Source: Phoronis australis
Lineage: Eukaryota; Animalia; Phoronida
DNA: 64,000 nt
NCBI GenBank assembly: GCA_002633005.1
Contig: NMRA01000394.1
Coordinates: 1 to 64,000 of the forward strand
Direction: 5' to 3'
In this document: piece after piece, positions 49,640 through 63,357 of the stretch
Position numbering within the stretch: position 1 is the stretch's first letter
How the letters are laid out: each line of letters opens with the position of its first letter
Program-made: the position numbers and the translations under genes
The notes under the pieces: model-generated
The model's input: only the letters and a program-made list of their open reading frames with translations
What the model was told of the DNA's origin: nothing
The model's database searches: none

Positions 49640-49802
49640 CAGGGGCGGATCCAGAATTTTGAGTTGGGGAGGGGGAGGGGCAGGACAGAGTATTGGCTAG
49701 GATTATGCCCGTCAGACATTCGCACCCTCGAACCGCCAAATGTTATCTGGGAGAATTTTAGGGGGGAATGGCCCCCTTGGCCCCCCTCTAAATCCGCTTC
49801 TG
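49640..49802. mobile_element. Family A MITE, inverted copy, 5-bp TSD
   Basis: CAGGGGCGGAT...ATCCGCTTCTG. GCTGC on both flanks. Confidence 0.8.
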
Positions 49803-49807
49803 GCTGC

Positions 49808-49930
49808 AACTACTACTGCTGGAACTACTATCCATTCAGCTGCTGTTGCTACTGCTGCTATTACTGCTGCTACTGCTGCTGCTACTGCTGTTGCTTCTAC
49901 TGCTACGTACTGCTACTGCCAGTGCTACTA
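49808..49930. repeat. Imperfect (CTG/CTA)n microsatellite
   Basis: Runs of TGCTACTGCTGC. Confidence 0.85.
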
Positions 49931-50586
49931 ATTGTCAAGGCAAGGGATATGGGAGGTTGAAAAATCGTATAAAGTGTAACACTAATTATGTTCCAATTTC
50001 TCGAGATCTCATGTAAATCAAGCAAATGATTTTTGCCGATCACCGAAACGCGAAGCCAACTGAAAACAATAATATCACTGTACGGCCGCGCACGCCGGCT
50101 AATTTGAACATCAGCCCTCTTCAAAAGGCTTCACACCTGCCAATTGGCACAATATCCACATCTTCAAAAACGTACTCATCCTAAATGTTTTAAGATTCAG
50201 TGTTAATTGTTGCAGAGGCCAAAGCTGGATTGCTAAAACTTTAAAATATGTGGTACCTGACCTGGTTAACTATTCAGAATCGCCCATCCGTTGACCCCTA
50301 AGCAACTTTGTCTACCTGAAAGATGCGCCGCAGAAGAAGAGGGTGAGCTGTTCATGGTCCAGGATACCCATGACCTCATCCTATTCACACGGATTCTGTC
50401 ATTCACCACAGACAACCTCTTTCTCTAGCATTGACCTGCATATACCAACGGCGTATGGTACGCTAAGCCGTCGTCAAAATTCACACAGAAACTCGTTGAG
50501 ATTTTACGTGTAGCTTCATAACGGTTACCGCTGCAGGGAAAGCACAACGTTCATGCATTTAATATAAACAACGTTTTTCACATTAC

Positions 50587-50852
50587 CAATCAATGGAACT
50601 GCAGTTGAATTTGGAGGCATCGTCTCCGCCACTAGCAGCAGGAACACCGTCAATGAGAGCATGCACGTGACTAGCAGTGATACTTTCTCTCCTGAGTCTG
50701 GTGGAAGGAGAAACCCCATGGCGGTAGTAGCGATGATCACAACACACGGTAGCAGTAAGTTGAATATATAGAATAGCGGACGTCTCCGCATGATAATCGA
50801 GAAGGTCAGTGTTGCGTATGGCTCAGGGCAACAACCATACAATATCACTTTC
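50587..50852 (-). CDS. nAChR alpha exon 6 (loop C, M1, M2)
   Basis: YGCCPEPY vicinal cysteines. [15 protein letters not shown] (M1). [25 protein letters not shown] (M2). TAG acceptor, GTAATG donor, phase 2/1. Confidence 0.97.
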
Positions 50853-51628
50853 CTACAAAACAGAGCAAATGCATCATTATATCAATTTTTAAATCTTGGT
50901 GTCTATCATCTCTTGTTTTCCTATATGTACGTGTAGCTGACAAGTAAACACTATGCTTGTGTTAGAACGTAACACGTTGTTCGTTCGATTGTCTTAAAAA
51001 TAGCACTCAACACGTGCCTTCTATCTCAAGTATGGTGACATTTTATTAGGACAAGGCTGAAATTGGTGCTGTAACGGTCATTTGAAAACATCTGTTCATG
51101 GTGTAGAATAATAATTCGACGTCCTTAGACGGATCTTTTAGAGTCACTTCCTATTTTCCGATGATTGCTTTCTTGTCGACTGGCCCCCGTAATTGTATAG
51201 ATATATAATTCTTTATCAGTTTCGTCACGGATATGTTTGATGATGATCGTTATGATGCCGTCAACAGTGTTGGTGGAGGCAACGTCTTCTTTGCCAATAT
51301 TGTGGTTGGTGTTGGCAAAATTATCGGCGTTGTGGTCAGTGCCATCGGTGATGTCGTGGTCTTTGAGGGCGTCTTATTCAACGCCATTGGTGCTACTGCC
51401 GTTGACGTGCAGGATTTTGCTGCTTCCGTCATCAAACTCTCCTTTTCTGTCGATTTCGTCAAGTGTCGCTCTATCAAAGCGCTTTGATTTGCGAACCTGA
51501 CAAGTACATGGCTAGTTTTAGATCCGGACATCGTGCGTGGAATACCACGCTTCATTTGTTGGGATAGGAGTGCAGTCTAATTTAACTGATTTGTAGGTTG
51601 ATTCGTGTATATTAACGTTGCCCCTTAC

Positions 51629-51901
51629 CTCTCTACAGGTATGCCATGAACGGACCACTCTCCGTTATTTTTGAAAGAGCTAATGTCCCCCGACGCCGAC
51701 CGATTTTGGATGTCTAACTGGAGTCCATGCTGTGTCCATGAGCCCATTGTAAGGTTACAGATTTGCTGGTCGTAGGGGAATTCGTCTATGTTCAGATTAC
51801 AAGCGCTAGTAAAGGGTATAGGAGCTAGCCACGCTATGGATCCGTCAGGATGCACCGATACGCTGTAGCCAAGCATTGGTGTCATTCCAATTTGTCCAAC
51901 G
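51629..51901 (-). CDS. nAChR alpha exon 5 (Cys-loop, loop B)
   Basis: CNLNIDEFPYDQQIC Cys-loop, GSWT, NGEW. GACAG acceptor, GTAAGG donor, phase 2/2. Confidence 0.96.
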
Positions 51902-53149
51902 CTGTCAAGTAAATGTGATAAAAGGCATTGCAATATTTCGAAAACACTATCAGACAAATTGATAGTATGAAACAACAAAATAGCAATATTTTCGGTGGGG
52001 AATCGATTGGTTATTACGCAGATTTGTTGTCCTACACATGCAGCTAGCTAAGTGTTTTTAACTCAACGTCAAAATACTTTTACCGCTTTGTACCAAATTT
52101 TCGTCTACTTTCTAACGGTGCACCCAGAGGTTAGTCGTGCACGTGGGACTCTTTGTGGTACAGACTCTACTGTAGTGTGCAAAAACTGTACCATACGGCG
52201 TTTTCCCGTTGCTCCTAACTTGTTAAAGTCTGTAGCCAACAAGTTGGGAAGATGACAACAATATCTTACACGACTGATTGACTGCATTCTGGTAGTTATG
52301 GTTGGAGGGCTAGCTTTTCTTTTGTTCGATAATTGCTCTAATCTCCAGTAAGATCACATCTAGCTTGACTGGGCTGTGCCGTTTAAAATAAAAGTTAAGT
52401 TATAACAAATTTGAACATAAACCAATGTAGCATTAAAGGCCTCCTTGTCTAGAGAACAACTCAGCTAGTCTTTCTTGTTGCTGTCGAGACGAAGCATCCT
52501 GCGACAAAACTTAAAACAGCTAATTATTTAAAATGACTTATTCGTACTAAAACCACCTGATTTCGGACTTCAAAAGAGGAAACCCCTATACAAATAAACG
52601 AGTGTGGCCAAAGAGCGGGGCCTTTATGTTACTACAGGAAGCTCCGTCAGAAGGCAGCCGAAGAACGAAGCCTGCTGCATTAATATGGCGGTCACGCTTT
52701 TAGGACTCCCAACAATAATATAGACGGACCCCGCAATCATGGTCTGCATTTTTTCACTTTCGTTACCTTGTAGAGCTTCGGAGTTGTAGCATGACAGGAG
52801 TTACGAAACACATACATAAATAAACTAAAGTAACAAGGTGTTCATATGAGGTACAGACACCCAGCAGTGATTTGAAGACACTTAGTTTGATTTTTGGCCA
52901 ATGTCTGATGGGAGACTGTTCAACATAACAGAACATATTTTCTTGACCTTTGGTCAGTGAGGGGTAGTCAGGACGTAAATTCATGACCAATGTTTTCGAA
53001 AGGATAGAACACTTTCCGCTACCACACGATGGACAACAAACGTTATTAAAAACCTCAAAAACAAGTTTGTAATCATATGAACTTCAAGTGTTTAACAATA
53101 ACTAAAAGTTGGACGCCTACGGTAGTTTTTCACATTTAAAAGAACTTAC

Positions 53150-53259
53150 TCATTATAAAGAGTGATGTCAGGTATCCACACTTTCTTGGGAGATATAATT
53201 AAGGACGTAACTCCGTCAAACCGGGCAGGGTCCCAATGTAAGTATTCGTCCGTCCAATA
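53150..53259 (-). CDS. nAChR alpha exon 4 (110 nt, loop A)
   Basis: YWTDEYLHWDPARFDGVTSLIISPKKVWIPDITLYN. TTTCAG acceptor, GTAAGT donor. Confidence 0.95.
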
Positions 53260-55169
53260 CTGAAACACTCAAGTTTTGATATTGGTCAAGTATCTAAAGC
53301 TACAGTTTCAAGTGGCAAATCTCCATTTTAAAAAGTATGATCCTGATTTGGCACAATCACTTAAAGATGGCCATGTCGCCTGTAGTTTCATCATAGTGCC
53401 TCACTTGTGAGATGAAAACAATATTCAATGAACTTGTTGAAAAATTAATATCGCCGACACGGGTATGGTATATCTCAACTCACGTATAGCTATACCGGCA
53501 CGTATCCAATCAGAGGACTTTGTAAAATATCTTCAAACATTCTCTAAATATTTGAAGGTGAACGGTGGTTACAAATCAATACACTGTTTAGAGTATGATC
53601 TCGTCGTAATTAGTATACTAAAACATATGAGATCAAACAAGGTTCAGTATGCTTTTTATTTATAACTTTGTTTGAAGACATTCTAGTCATTTAAGATGGC
53701 ACGGAACGCAAAAAAAACTAAATCACATTGTTCAAAGCCGTAACCTGCCACTGAAAGAGAGGGCAAACTGCTCGCCGGGTATTTTTACATTGTTTACTCC
53801 TAAACATTTTGAATGTCTGTTGATGTCAAAGGATTTCTCTTTTAGTTTCAAATTTCAAAAAAATACCTATCAACTGCTGGTCACCTCGTCGATTTTTCTT
53901 CCAACTGGCAAAGCACATATCCTTATTTATCGTAATCTATTTTGCACCACGTTGAACTGAACAAAAGAAATATGGATGACCAATCAGGTGTCGCGTAGAG
54001 AAATGTATGAATAGAAAAGTAGACCCTTGAGGCTATAAATAGAGATGAGTCATGAAAAATAAACCATAAGGGTTGATATCAACATCAAGTGACAAATGTG
54101 AAAATAATGACGATAAGTACATTTAACAAGTTAAATTTAATTTGTTACTGCAAGGCATTGACATAGTACATTTCCCTATGGTAAATGTGACCTTGACTTT
54201 TGGTGTAAACGAAACATCGGCGATTTCAGGCAGCAACCCGGTTTGGAGGTAATTGATGTAATTCCTAACTGTTTAAAAATAATTACAGGTTGCGTACCGA
54301 TGTAGTATTCAAATACATAATTTAAAATGTACTTGGGAAACGTTTACTGGATAAATTCTTTGCGCGCATACGCGCATATGTATTATTAGATTCGGAGAAT
54401 TTGAATACTGCGTTGGCGTGAAATAGTTCATGATTTATTTTGTCTGTGTGCAAATACTGGTGAACCTAACGGTGTTTCCTAGAAATTCCTGCAACATTCA
54501 AAGTAAACAACTTTCACGTTAGTATGAATAATAGGTAAATTCGCCACAATCTCTTTAGAGGGTATTTTCATAAGTTCGCGTTCCAGGTCTATTTAAAATC
54601 CGAAAACTAACGTCATAGTTCAATTCGTATTCGGTACTCTCACTTCTAAACCGATGTCAAGTACACAAGTGAACCATTGGCTAGAACGTTGTATAACATG
54701 ACTGCTTTGTTTGCAAAGAGACCCACATCAGAAGTTAACCTCGGCAATAATTACAGAGTATTGTTAAGTGGCTGGAATCAATTTTCACATTGGGAAAAAC
54801 CAAATGGAAATGGAGCACTTTTTCAAATGAAACTTTCACATGAGGTATGGCCCACGTATTCATGGAGACCTAAATTATACATGTAGTTTGAAACAAGAGT
54901 AATTTAGTGGTAAAATTATCCTGTGCATAGGTAACATGATTAAACAAAATCAAATTACGAGAACAGCAAGAAAACGAACACTGACATTTTAACCGAAGTG
55001 CATAGTTTTGTTTGTTATTTTGTACATTTCCATAGTTTCTGTCATGGACAGCAGGCAACAATGAATTTAAAGTGACATTTTTGTTTGCAGAGGTAACGGT
55101 GCCTCATGGCACTTCCAACCACTAAATGTGCGTTGTGACCACGCAGTAGTACATGTATCGTATACCTAC

Positions 55170-55214
55170 CAGCCTCATCCACACCATAGACTTTAATATT
55201 TGATTCTTCTCATC
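55170..55214 (-). CDS. nAChR alpha exon 3 (45 nt, loop D)
   Basis: DEKNQILKSMVWMRL. TTGTAG acceptor, GTAGGT donor. The 45-nt size is the conserved nAChR exon size. Confidence 0.93.
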
Positions 55215-56906
55215 CTACAAAGCCAAAACAATCTAATGCTGTACTTGCATTATAAGGAACTAAAACCTATTGTTAAGGAGTCCAAACCAAAATTCATTAC
55301 CTAATGTGAATAGCGCAATTTCGATTGAAGGACGGACCGTCTGGTAGGAAAGACGGTATCAAACCCAAACAACTGACGAGAATTTGGCAAGGATGGGAAT
55401 ATGAATTTAGCGCTATTGTTTCACTTACACGTCATTTAAACGTGCAGTTAATATTACCAATAGGATGGTTTAGCATCGATCTTGCAAACCGCATTTACGC
55501 TAGTGTCTGCTTTACAATGCTTCCAACCAGGAGCGTTTTACCCTTGTCAGCTAAAGACACTTTGAAAACATGATGTTTCTGACTTTCAGATCTAGCACTG
55601 AATTAATCGGGCGTTAAAAAGTGGGTTGCTTAAATTTCTATTGCATTAAACCGATTTTAGCTGATTTAAGTATTGGTAGATTATGGCTTAGGCTCACTTA
55701 GGCGTGGAGGTAGGAAACCCAAAATGTTAGCGTAAGGGTTGCCTCGTATGCTAACAGTGGTAGTTGACGTAACTATCCTCTCGATTTTTTCACGTTTAAT
55801 TGTTTTCCTTTAATGGACTTCCTGCCCTATCGCTTTGTCGGTAACAAGAATGTTTTACACTCACGCATCCAAATTATTGGGAGCTACGTACCCTCCCATT
55901 CCTCCCCTTCATACATATGCATACCTGTTTAACGAGGAAGGGTTGACTTCGTCTGTGGGGAGAGGAATGCTCACTTAAGTTGTCCCGCTACCGCTTGTTA
56001 TGCCTATATGGGATTCTTAACGATCTGTTTGCAAATGATAGGGTGAAATTAGTTAACGCAGCATTTTTATGTTGTTCCGCAACGCCAATTACAACGCGGG
56101 AAAATGTCCGTTCTTTCCTACATCTCACATTCCCTTCCTTTCAAATTGTCGTTCGTCATTCGCATTTTCCGATATTTCCTTCTGATTCGAAAGTCCATTC
56201 TTCCCATTTCTCGTCCGTCCTTCCTATAGCTGAAGTCCTTCCCAGTATCAATTTGAACTTCAAAGTGGATGAAATAGAACCTGCATTCAAACGTACGGTA
56301 ATGCTAACGATGTGTCGTTTGCTTGCATCATTCATTTTTTTGCTCCTATTCGAATGACGAAACCTCAAAATGTACCGTGGAGAAGAGATTTTCAACTTGA
56401 TGAATGCAGAAATAGTTTTAGTTGACGAGCCACGACTTCTGCAATTCATCTTTGCAATGCATGCTTGGGTGATGGGTGCAGTTATCCACTGATACCAAAT
56501 CGATGAAAACACAAAATGCAACAAGACGTGCATGACATTTAATAGATGCCGAGCAAGGAAGAAATCTTATGGCGTTTCCGACTATAACTTCGGAATAAAC
56601 AACGCTCATGAGAACTATAGTTTTTAATTATGTGAAGCTTTTTAAGTTCAACGCAGTTTTATTATTAAAAATTAGGGATCAGAAAGGAAATAGCAAGGTC
56701 ATTTCCAATTCGGCGACTTTGTTATTATTTCATGATATTTTTGTCACGGTATGGCAATACCAATTGCAACAGAGACCCATCTCCGAAAAATGAAGTACGG
56801 TGTGATTTAGCATACATGTAACTAACCTTTAGGGCAAAATTCCGACTCTATACTTATGAACTTGAAAAGCAATCCGGTTCAGTTAGCCTGGCAATAAATG
56901 ACTTAC

Positions 56907-57046
56907 CATATCTATGATCTGGTGTATGGCCATGCCCACTTCCACCATTACAGCCTTTGAAGAATTAATCACAGGTCTAACTGCTGGATCGTACGTTGCT
57001 GTTAAATTTCGAATCAAATTGTACTCCCCGCTCGAACAAAGGCTTA
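56907..57046 (-). CDS. nAChR alpha exon 2 (140 nt)
   Basis: SLCSSGEYNLIRNLTATYDPAVRPVINSSKAVMVEVGMAIHQIIDM. TTTTCCAG acceptor, GTAAGT donor, phase 1/0. Confidence 0.93.
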
Positions 57047-60000
57047 CTGGAAAATGGATTCATGTCAACATTATTATGAGTTTTAGTCAGTGCGGCACAG
57101 TTCACATAGTACCAACGGAATTTTTCACTTATTAAGAAGAATTAGGATCTTAATAAAGCGATACTGCGACAGAATTATGACGCAAATTTGGACCCTCAAT
57201 TAGCAATAGAAATGCAATGGCGTTGTCAAAAATCCACAGGTCTTGGATTTTTCCCCATTTAAGTAACCACCAACTCATTTTGCACCATAGACTTTTGCAG
57301 AAAATACACATCTGAATTAATCGGCGTGTGCAGACAACGGTTGCACCCATTGGGTGCACCTGAGGAGTAGATAATGATTACGATTTGCCAGGTTTATTGC
57401 CAGGTAATAATTTTCAAAGTCCTTAGTAATTTGCAGCGCTACGTAAATATGCACTAAGAATTATTACTATCATTGTTTTCAGATTTTAAATTTCAATTTC
57501 TTTGATTGAGTTCAAAATGTGACATCATATTAAACCATACACATTTGCTCAGATATAATACTTTCTAGCGCTTCCTGGGCTCAACTCTTATTATGGTAAA
57601 CTGTGTTTTTTGTAATAAACATTACATAAGACATAAATTGCACTAAAGTCCGTCCATTGCATCTTTGTTACTAGATATACATGATAACTTCGTGCGAAAA
57701 TGACAAGGGTAGACACCGACGTCATAAGGAACGGATAACAAAGATCCGAGACCTTCATGCGTGAACGAGTCTAAATTGTGACGCCTTAGCAATTGACAAG
57801 CTTGGAATTCCACTGAAAAAGAATAGTTTGAGACCGCTGACGATTATAGAGCTCACTTTATTAGTTGATGTTGAGTTACCAAATACTCATACATGTAAAT
57901 TTTTCTCCACCTACATCTATTTAACTGAAGGCAAGGCGGTGACTTATTGATTCGAGGAATTTTGAAAATCGCTTATTAAAATATATAAAGGGATTGGTCT
58001 TCGGAGCATTTCCCATTTTTCATTTTGTTATCCTGCCAAAAGGAACAAAATCAAGTAAGTGTTAAATTAAATGCATTAAGTTCAATCGATGCATTCTATG
58101 TTATGTAGTCCTGTGACTTGCACTAGAACAAAGCGAACTGTCACACTGTACACATGTGCTGTTGGTAGAACACAAAATTCTGATCCTCTTTAAAATACTA
58201 GGTCACGGTAACCGTTTCTCATCCAACACGTGGCACTTTGATGACGAAAACGCCACTGTATGTCAAGTGGCTGGAATGGATTGAGGCTATTACTGTGTTC
58301 GTTATACATGTACGGGGTCAAAATTTCACATAGAATCTGCAAAGAATTGAAGTAAACAGTCTTCTATTTTTGCAGTTTAAATGGTTTGTACACATTTTGG
58401 GACAACCTACATGGTATTTGACGTTTTGCAAACTATCATGGTGAATTTTAATGGAAAACATCAATTTGTCGTTCTGCAATTTAAAAAAAGGCTTTTCTCG
58501 TGTCCACACAATAATAAAACGTTTTAACCACTCAAAGCCATATGTTTATACGAGGGCATTACATCTGCTGCCATTTTTGACACGGAATGAAAATATTTAC
58601 TAGTGCACTTTGTATTGCAAACCCATTTTTAATTGTTGCTTAACATGATCTGAAATAACGAATTGTGAGCTGCTATTATTGTTACGAAAATTTGCTTTCT
58701 GTTGTATAAATGTACATGTAAGGTTAAATAGGCCTGGGACGCGATAAACATCTAAATTTCTATACTGAAAGTGCTTCCCTGCCACTGAAATTGATTTGAA
58801 CCTGCTCATCGGGTATTTTTTACGGTTTGATCGTAAAGACGTCTAATTTCTGTTGATATCAAAGCTTCAATCCCAAAAACTTATAAAGATGATCAAGTGC
58901 ATTAGGCCATTTTCAGAGATTCACTGGGACCATCAAGAATAATAACGGTATCATCGGCATATTGCATTATTCTTTGAGATGTCACATCTAGGTTTATTCC
59001 TTTAACTACAAGGTTTTGCTTTAACAAGATACCCATAATCTCCGCACACATTATGAACAAATATGGAGAAGTGTGATTCCCCTGTCGCCCCCCACGATCA
59101 ATTTCAAAGTACTCTGAAATGAAATTGTGCTATATCCTGTATTGAAGAGACAAATCCATCCAATGGAGTCTTTTCCGCAATTGAAAAATTAAGCACGTTA
59201 CATATTTCAGGACACAAACATCTTCTCAAAATCTACCATCACTCATAGTCCAGGAATATTTTCGTGTTCAGTATATTGCATTAAATCATAACTGTTTCTA
59301 GTACTGTCTCCGAATAGGGCACTAGTTGGTAATATATTCTCGACATTTATAACCTTTTTGTCAGAGCGAAAGCACACCCGGCTGGTTTTGGCTGGGAGGC
59401 AAAGCACCTTTAAAAAAGCTATTGCTAAATGGACGAGACAGGAACGAGGAGACATTTTGCCAAAAAAAAAACTATGAAACCCAATCGGTACGCCGTCGGG
59501 AAACCGCCAGCCATGATCTTGGCCAGTTGACTGGACTGGTGTTGCTAAAATTGGTGGTAGAAGGTATAGTCTTTTTTGTTTTACCATTACATTGAGCCAC
59601 ATCATTTTTCTGTGTAGCCACCAGATATAGTGGTCTGGTCACTGATTGTTTCCATTCTTTGGAGTTGTGTAAATGACATGATTTGATCCAAATTTGTTTA
59701 TTAATTGTGCAGGTTTGTTTATCAAATTATTCACTGCCATTTGATTAGCTGCTACTGCGTGACAGTTTCCTTAACGTGCCTTTCTGTCTATCTGTCATTG
59801 ACATTTGTTGGAATACTCTATTTTGCTGCCACAATAGCTTTGCATCTTCCTCCACTTTATTATTTTTGTATTTGACCATCTTATGGTGTAACTTAGCAGC
59901 CACATAACAGGCGTTGACTGACTGTGTGTAAAACAGCCACAATATACATCAGGTCGCAAAATAAATCAAGAGCACTTGAGGTAATGCATAATTTCCTGTA

Positions 60001-62344
60001 AAAATAGCCAACCTCACTATTTGTGAACAAGAAAAAACTGGAAGCTGTAGAGAGTGACATTCAATCCTACGACTTTTCCTATTGGGACCACCATCACCTT
60101 TTAAAAGACATTCAAGCTGCTTTCATTATTTGATGGGGTTGTAGGTTTCACTCTGAAATGTAGCCACTGGAATGCTGAAGGAGATTGGCAATAGAATTAC
60201 ATGTATATGCGAGATAAGACTTTTGGCTGTTGTCTTTATTTTGTATTACTAAAATATATTTGATATGATGCATGCCTTTCTGACAATTTCAAAAAATCAG
60301 TGCGGAATTGTAACTTTACTGAATTTGGTCCTGATTAGCTGTCTAAAATGGAACCCGAATAAGACACTTTTCTTTCATATTATCGGTGTGATAATATTTC
60401 ATAACGTGATAACATTCAGTCTCCGTTCCAAGCAATGCATACATGTACATATATGCATCCCACTTCCGATTTTCGCTATTTTATTGCACTGTATGTATCA
60501 ACCTAAATGGAGGCAAGATGTCGTGGTAAGTGTACACTCCAAGAAGGAATATGGATTCCACGTTGAATATTTCTGATCTTTTCCGCTACAGATTGAATCA
60601 TTTCAGCACAAAAATTGCTAAATGGACGTACTCACAAATCTTATTTCCAATAATCCTAACAGCTCCAGGCCCATTGACTATTATGACTTGGTACATGTAC
60701 ATGTAGACATGATCAGCACAGCAACTTTTCTCACAGGCAATCTGAGGACCACGCGTAATCATAATTTATGCAATCTATAAATTATCACCTTTAGGAGATT
60801 TAATAAAGGTAGTCACTTGCGTGTTGAAACGACATGAAACCCATGATGTTTCCATGGTCAACACGCACGAAAAGAACTGACAGTTCTTTTATTTTTATCA
60901 AGATCACACCAGAACCCGAAGTTTAATTTATTTTTTTCTCAAGAGAAACAGCAAACTGTCCCTAATTCAAAAGCTCAGCAACTGCATCCCTATTAGCTTG
61001 CTTTTGGAAACTTAGAATAACTATTTTTATTTGGCACTTGAGGGGAGATTTGCAAAATTTGAAAAATTTATTTTCCATAACCCCAGCTAAACACTAACAA
61101 AAGATTTCCATTGACAATCCATTATCAGTTATCTGTAATAACATTTACTCGAGCGTTTTGACTGCTGCTTTTTCGTTATGTCACCGATATATTGTCGATC
61201 CACAGAGTCCTATTTATTTCGTACCAAAGCCAATGCAAAGTTTAAATTCATCGACCTGTTTGTTATCGAGAAGAAGCATTGTTGCCTCGTAGAAAAAGTG
61301 TCTGTTTACGTTTACTCAAGGTCGTGAGTTCGAGCCCCACTGGGACACACTGCTAATCCCTATGAGTCTAAAGCTCCTCAGCTCAGTTTTAACTATACAA
61401 TAACAAACCATAAAAATGGTTCCACGTGATTAGGGCTATGGGCCCATCCGAGGTGTCTGCACACGTCTGGTAAAACGTGTGCCAGACCGCCTGCAACTAT
61501 GACTTTCATTATCAACGTAAGCTTGACGCTAATCACACGGTTTTAGATATTGCATTAAAACAAATTGCTTAAGACGTTAAAGAGTCGTAAATAGCTGCTC
61601 GCCTACTCTACCTTACGTCTAATGCAAACACAAGGCAGTCCATCTGCAAAACATAAGTCCGAGGAAAACAAGTTTTTGAGCATTTAATAGGTATGAGAAT
61701 TGAATGCAAAAGGGCTTGGGTTTTTTAGTCAAACATGAGGGTTATACTCGCTCGTAGCAAGACCTGTCGCACAAATAAAGCAGTCACCGTGTACACGTAA
61801 GTGTGATAGAATATGACGATGCGTATAATTCCTGCCCAATATATTTTTGTTGAGTTCACATTAGATGACGTGTACGTACATGGTGACATGCTACCATGGT
61901 TACCAAATCAAATTCCCCAGAATGAATTGTCATTTTTAATATAATGGCAAAATCATCAAGTAATATTACCTTTAGACTTGTCAATGACATTGAAAACTGC
62001 AAATGGAGGTTTTCCCAACGCTTTCTCTGAACTGGGTGGAGCTATTACTGAGCGTTTTCCTCCCCAAACATTGTTTTCTTGTTTACGTATATATATGAGG
62101 AAATTCTAATCTGTTAATTTAGAAGTGTTCTATTACGTTTTAAAATCATTCCGTTGAAAACCCTAGCAATGAAATAGTAGCTTTGACATTTTAAATGATT
62201 TTGTTGGCATTAAGTTGGGATTGTACTTGAAGAAAGTTTAAGACGCGAAGAGGGCACTTAACGGTTTCTCCCTCTTCTCTTTCGTCATATGGTCAAATAA
62301 ATTGACCCTTGTGATGACGTTATGTGCGTTGCACTGCCGTTACG

Positions 62345-62515
62345 CGCCACAGGGGCCTAGTGTATCCGACTTCGCCGTTGTTTTTTATCGAGTTTCCCTA
62401 CCGTAGAGAATCTGCTGTCCGGTGCTTAGGAGCATCCTCTGCCCCTGGTTTTAAATCACAGTTTTCCTTCTCCTAGACGAACTGCCTGCCAAGGCTAACG
62501 GGTTCTGTTTACACG
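62345..62515 (-). mobile_element. RTE-LINE 5'-UTR-like (bipartite SINE-like) fragment
   Basis: The minus strand has TTAGCCTTGGCAGGCAGTTCGTCTAGGAGAAGGAAAACTGTGATTTAAAACC, which resembles the 5'-UTR motif I recall from RTE elements. Not verified by search. Confidence 0.55.
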
Positions 62516-62968
62516 TGTTTGGAGTTTACTTAACGGTTTAACTGGTAGTAATCTCGAAATACAACTGTTTATAACTAGCGTTTGTCAGAAATCGCCAGAA
62601 AGCACTAAAACAACTATAACGTTCTGCATACATGCTATCAAAATTAATGCATACAAATACCTACAAAAATATATTCTATAATGACAAAATACAAGGAGTG
62701 GAAAAAAGATGTTCAGAAATGCACCTTAACGTGTTTCTCAATCGTGATTATCTGGATCAAAACCAATTACGCAAATATAAGTTGTATCGTTGTACCTCAG
62801 ACTATTAACTGTAAAGGTATACTAGGAACTACTTTTCAGAACAACTGAACTTCTATCAAAGTTCCTGTAGTGTTCTCTGTAAAATACCAACAAACGGTAG
62901 TTCAGTGGTAAAAACAATTTAATTCATAAATACAGAATTCTTATACTGTATATAAGACGACGCGTTAC

Positions 62969-63011
62969 CTGGTATGAAAGGTAAAATGACCAACAGAACT
63001 TGTGTCGTCAT
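62969..63011 (-). CDS. nAChR alpha candidate exon 1 (signal peptide)
   Basis: ATG...MTTQVLLVILPFIP followed by G|GTAACG, phase 1, compatible with exon 2. Hydrophobic core. Confidence 0.65.
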
Positions 63012-63357
63012 GTCAGCTTGTCTTGTCCACCTCAGTCTCGAACCTGGATGAAACAATTCATTATCTTTAGTATTCATTTCAATCAATTTCTAAAGTGAAA
63101 CAACAAAAAGCAACCATAGAGGCAAGGAGACTAAATTTACCAACGATGTTAATGTTTCGAGTGTCAATTGAATTGATTTGGAGAGCTTAGTTTATGTTCA
63201 CGTTTGGGGAAACAACAAATCGACTTTGATGCCAGTCAATTATTGTTTAAATGATATGTTATCTACGTCAATGTTGTATAGTTAAGTTAATTAAAAAACG
63301 GACTCCAGGGAATCCACTAATTACTATGATGATCTGAAACAAAATCTTCAATCTTTA

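Noticed and set aside
49664-49960. Cys/Tyr-rich or Ala/Thr-rich small proteins
   Set aside because: Translations of a MITE plus a (CTG/CTA)n microsatellite.
51110-51560. Thr-rich and Val-rich ORFs plus a Penelope-type hammerhead remnant in nAChR intron 5
   Set aside because: The ORFs are low-complexity with no domain. The hammerhead-like core is degenerate (CTAAAAGA...CGAAT). At most a dead retroelement relic.
55980-60576. ORFs of 100-125 aa in nAChR introns
   Set aside because: No recognisable domains or splice logic. Possibly decayed TE pieces, but I could not assign them.
3910-63011. Functional toxin-receptor pairing of the ShKT/CAP gene and the nAChR
   Set aside because: Only adjacency (22 kb apart, convergent) supports it, which is not evidence of a shared system in an animal genome.
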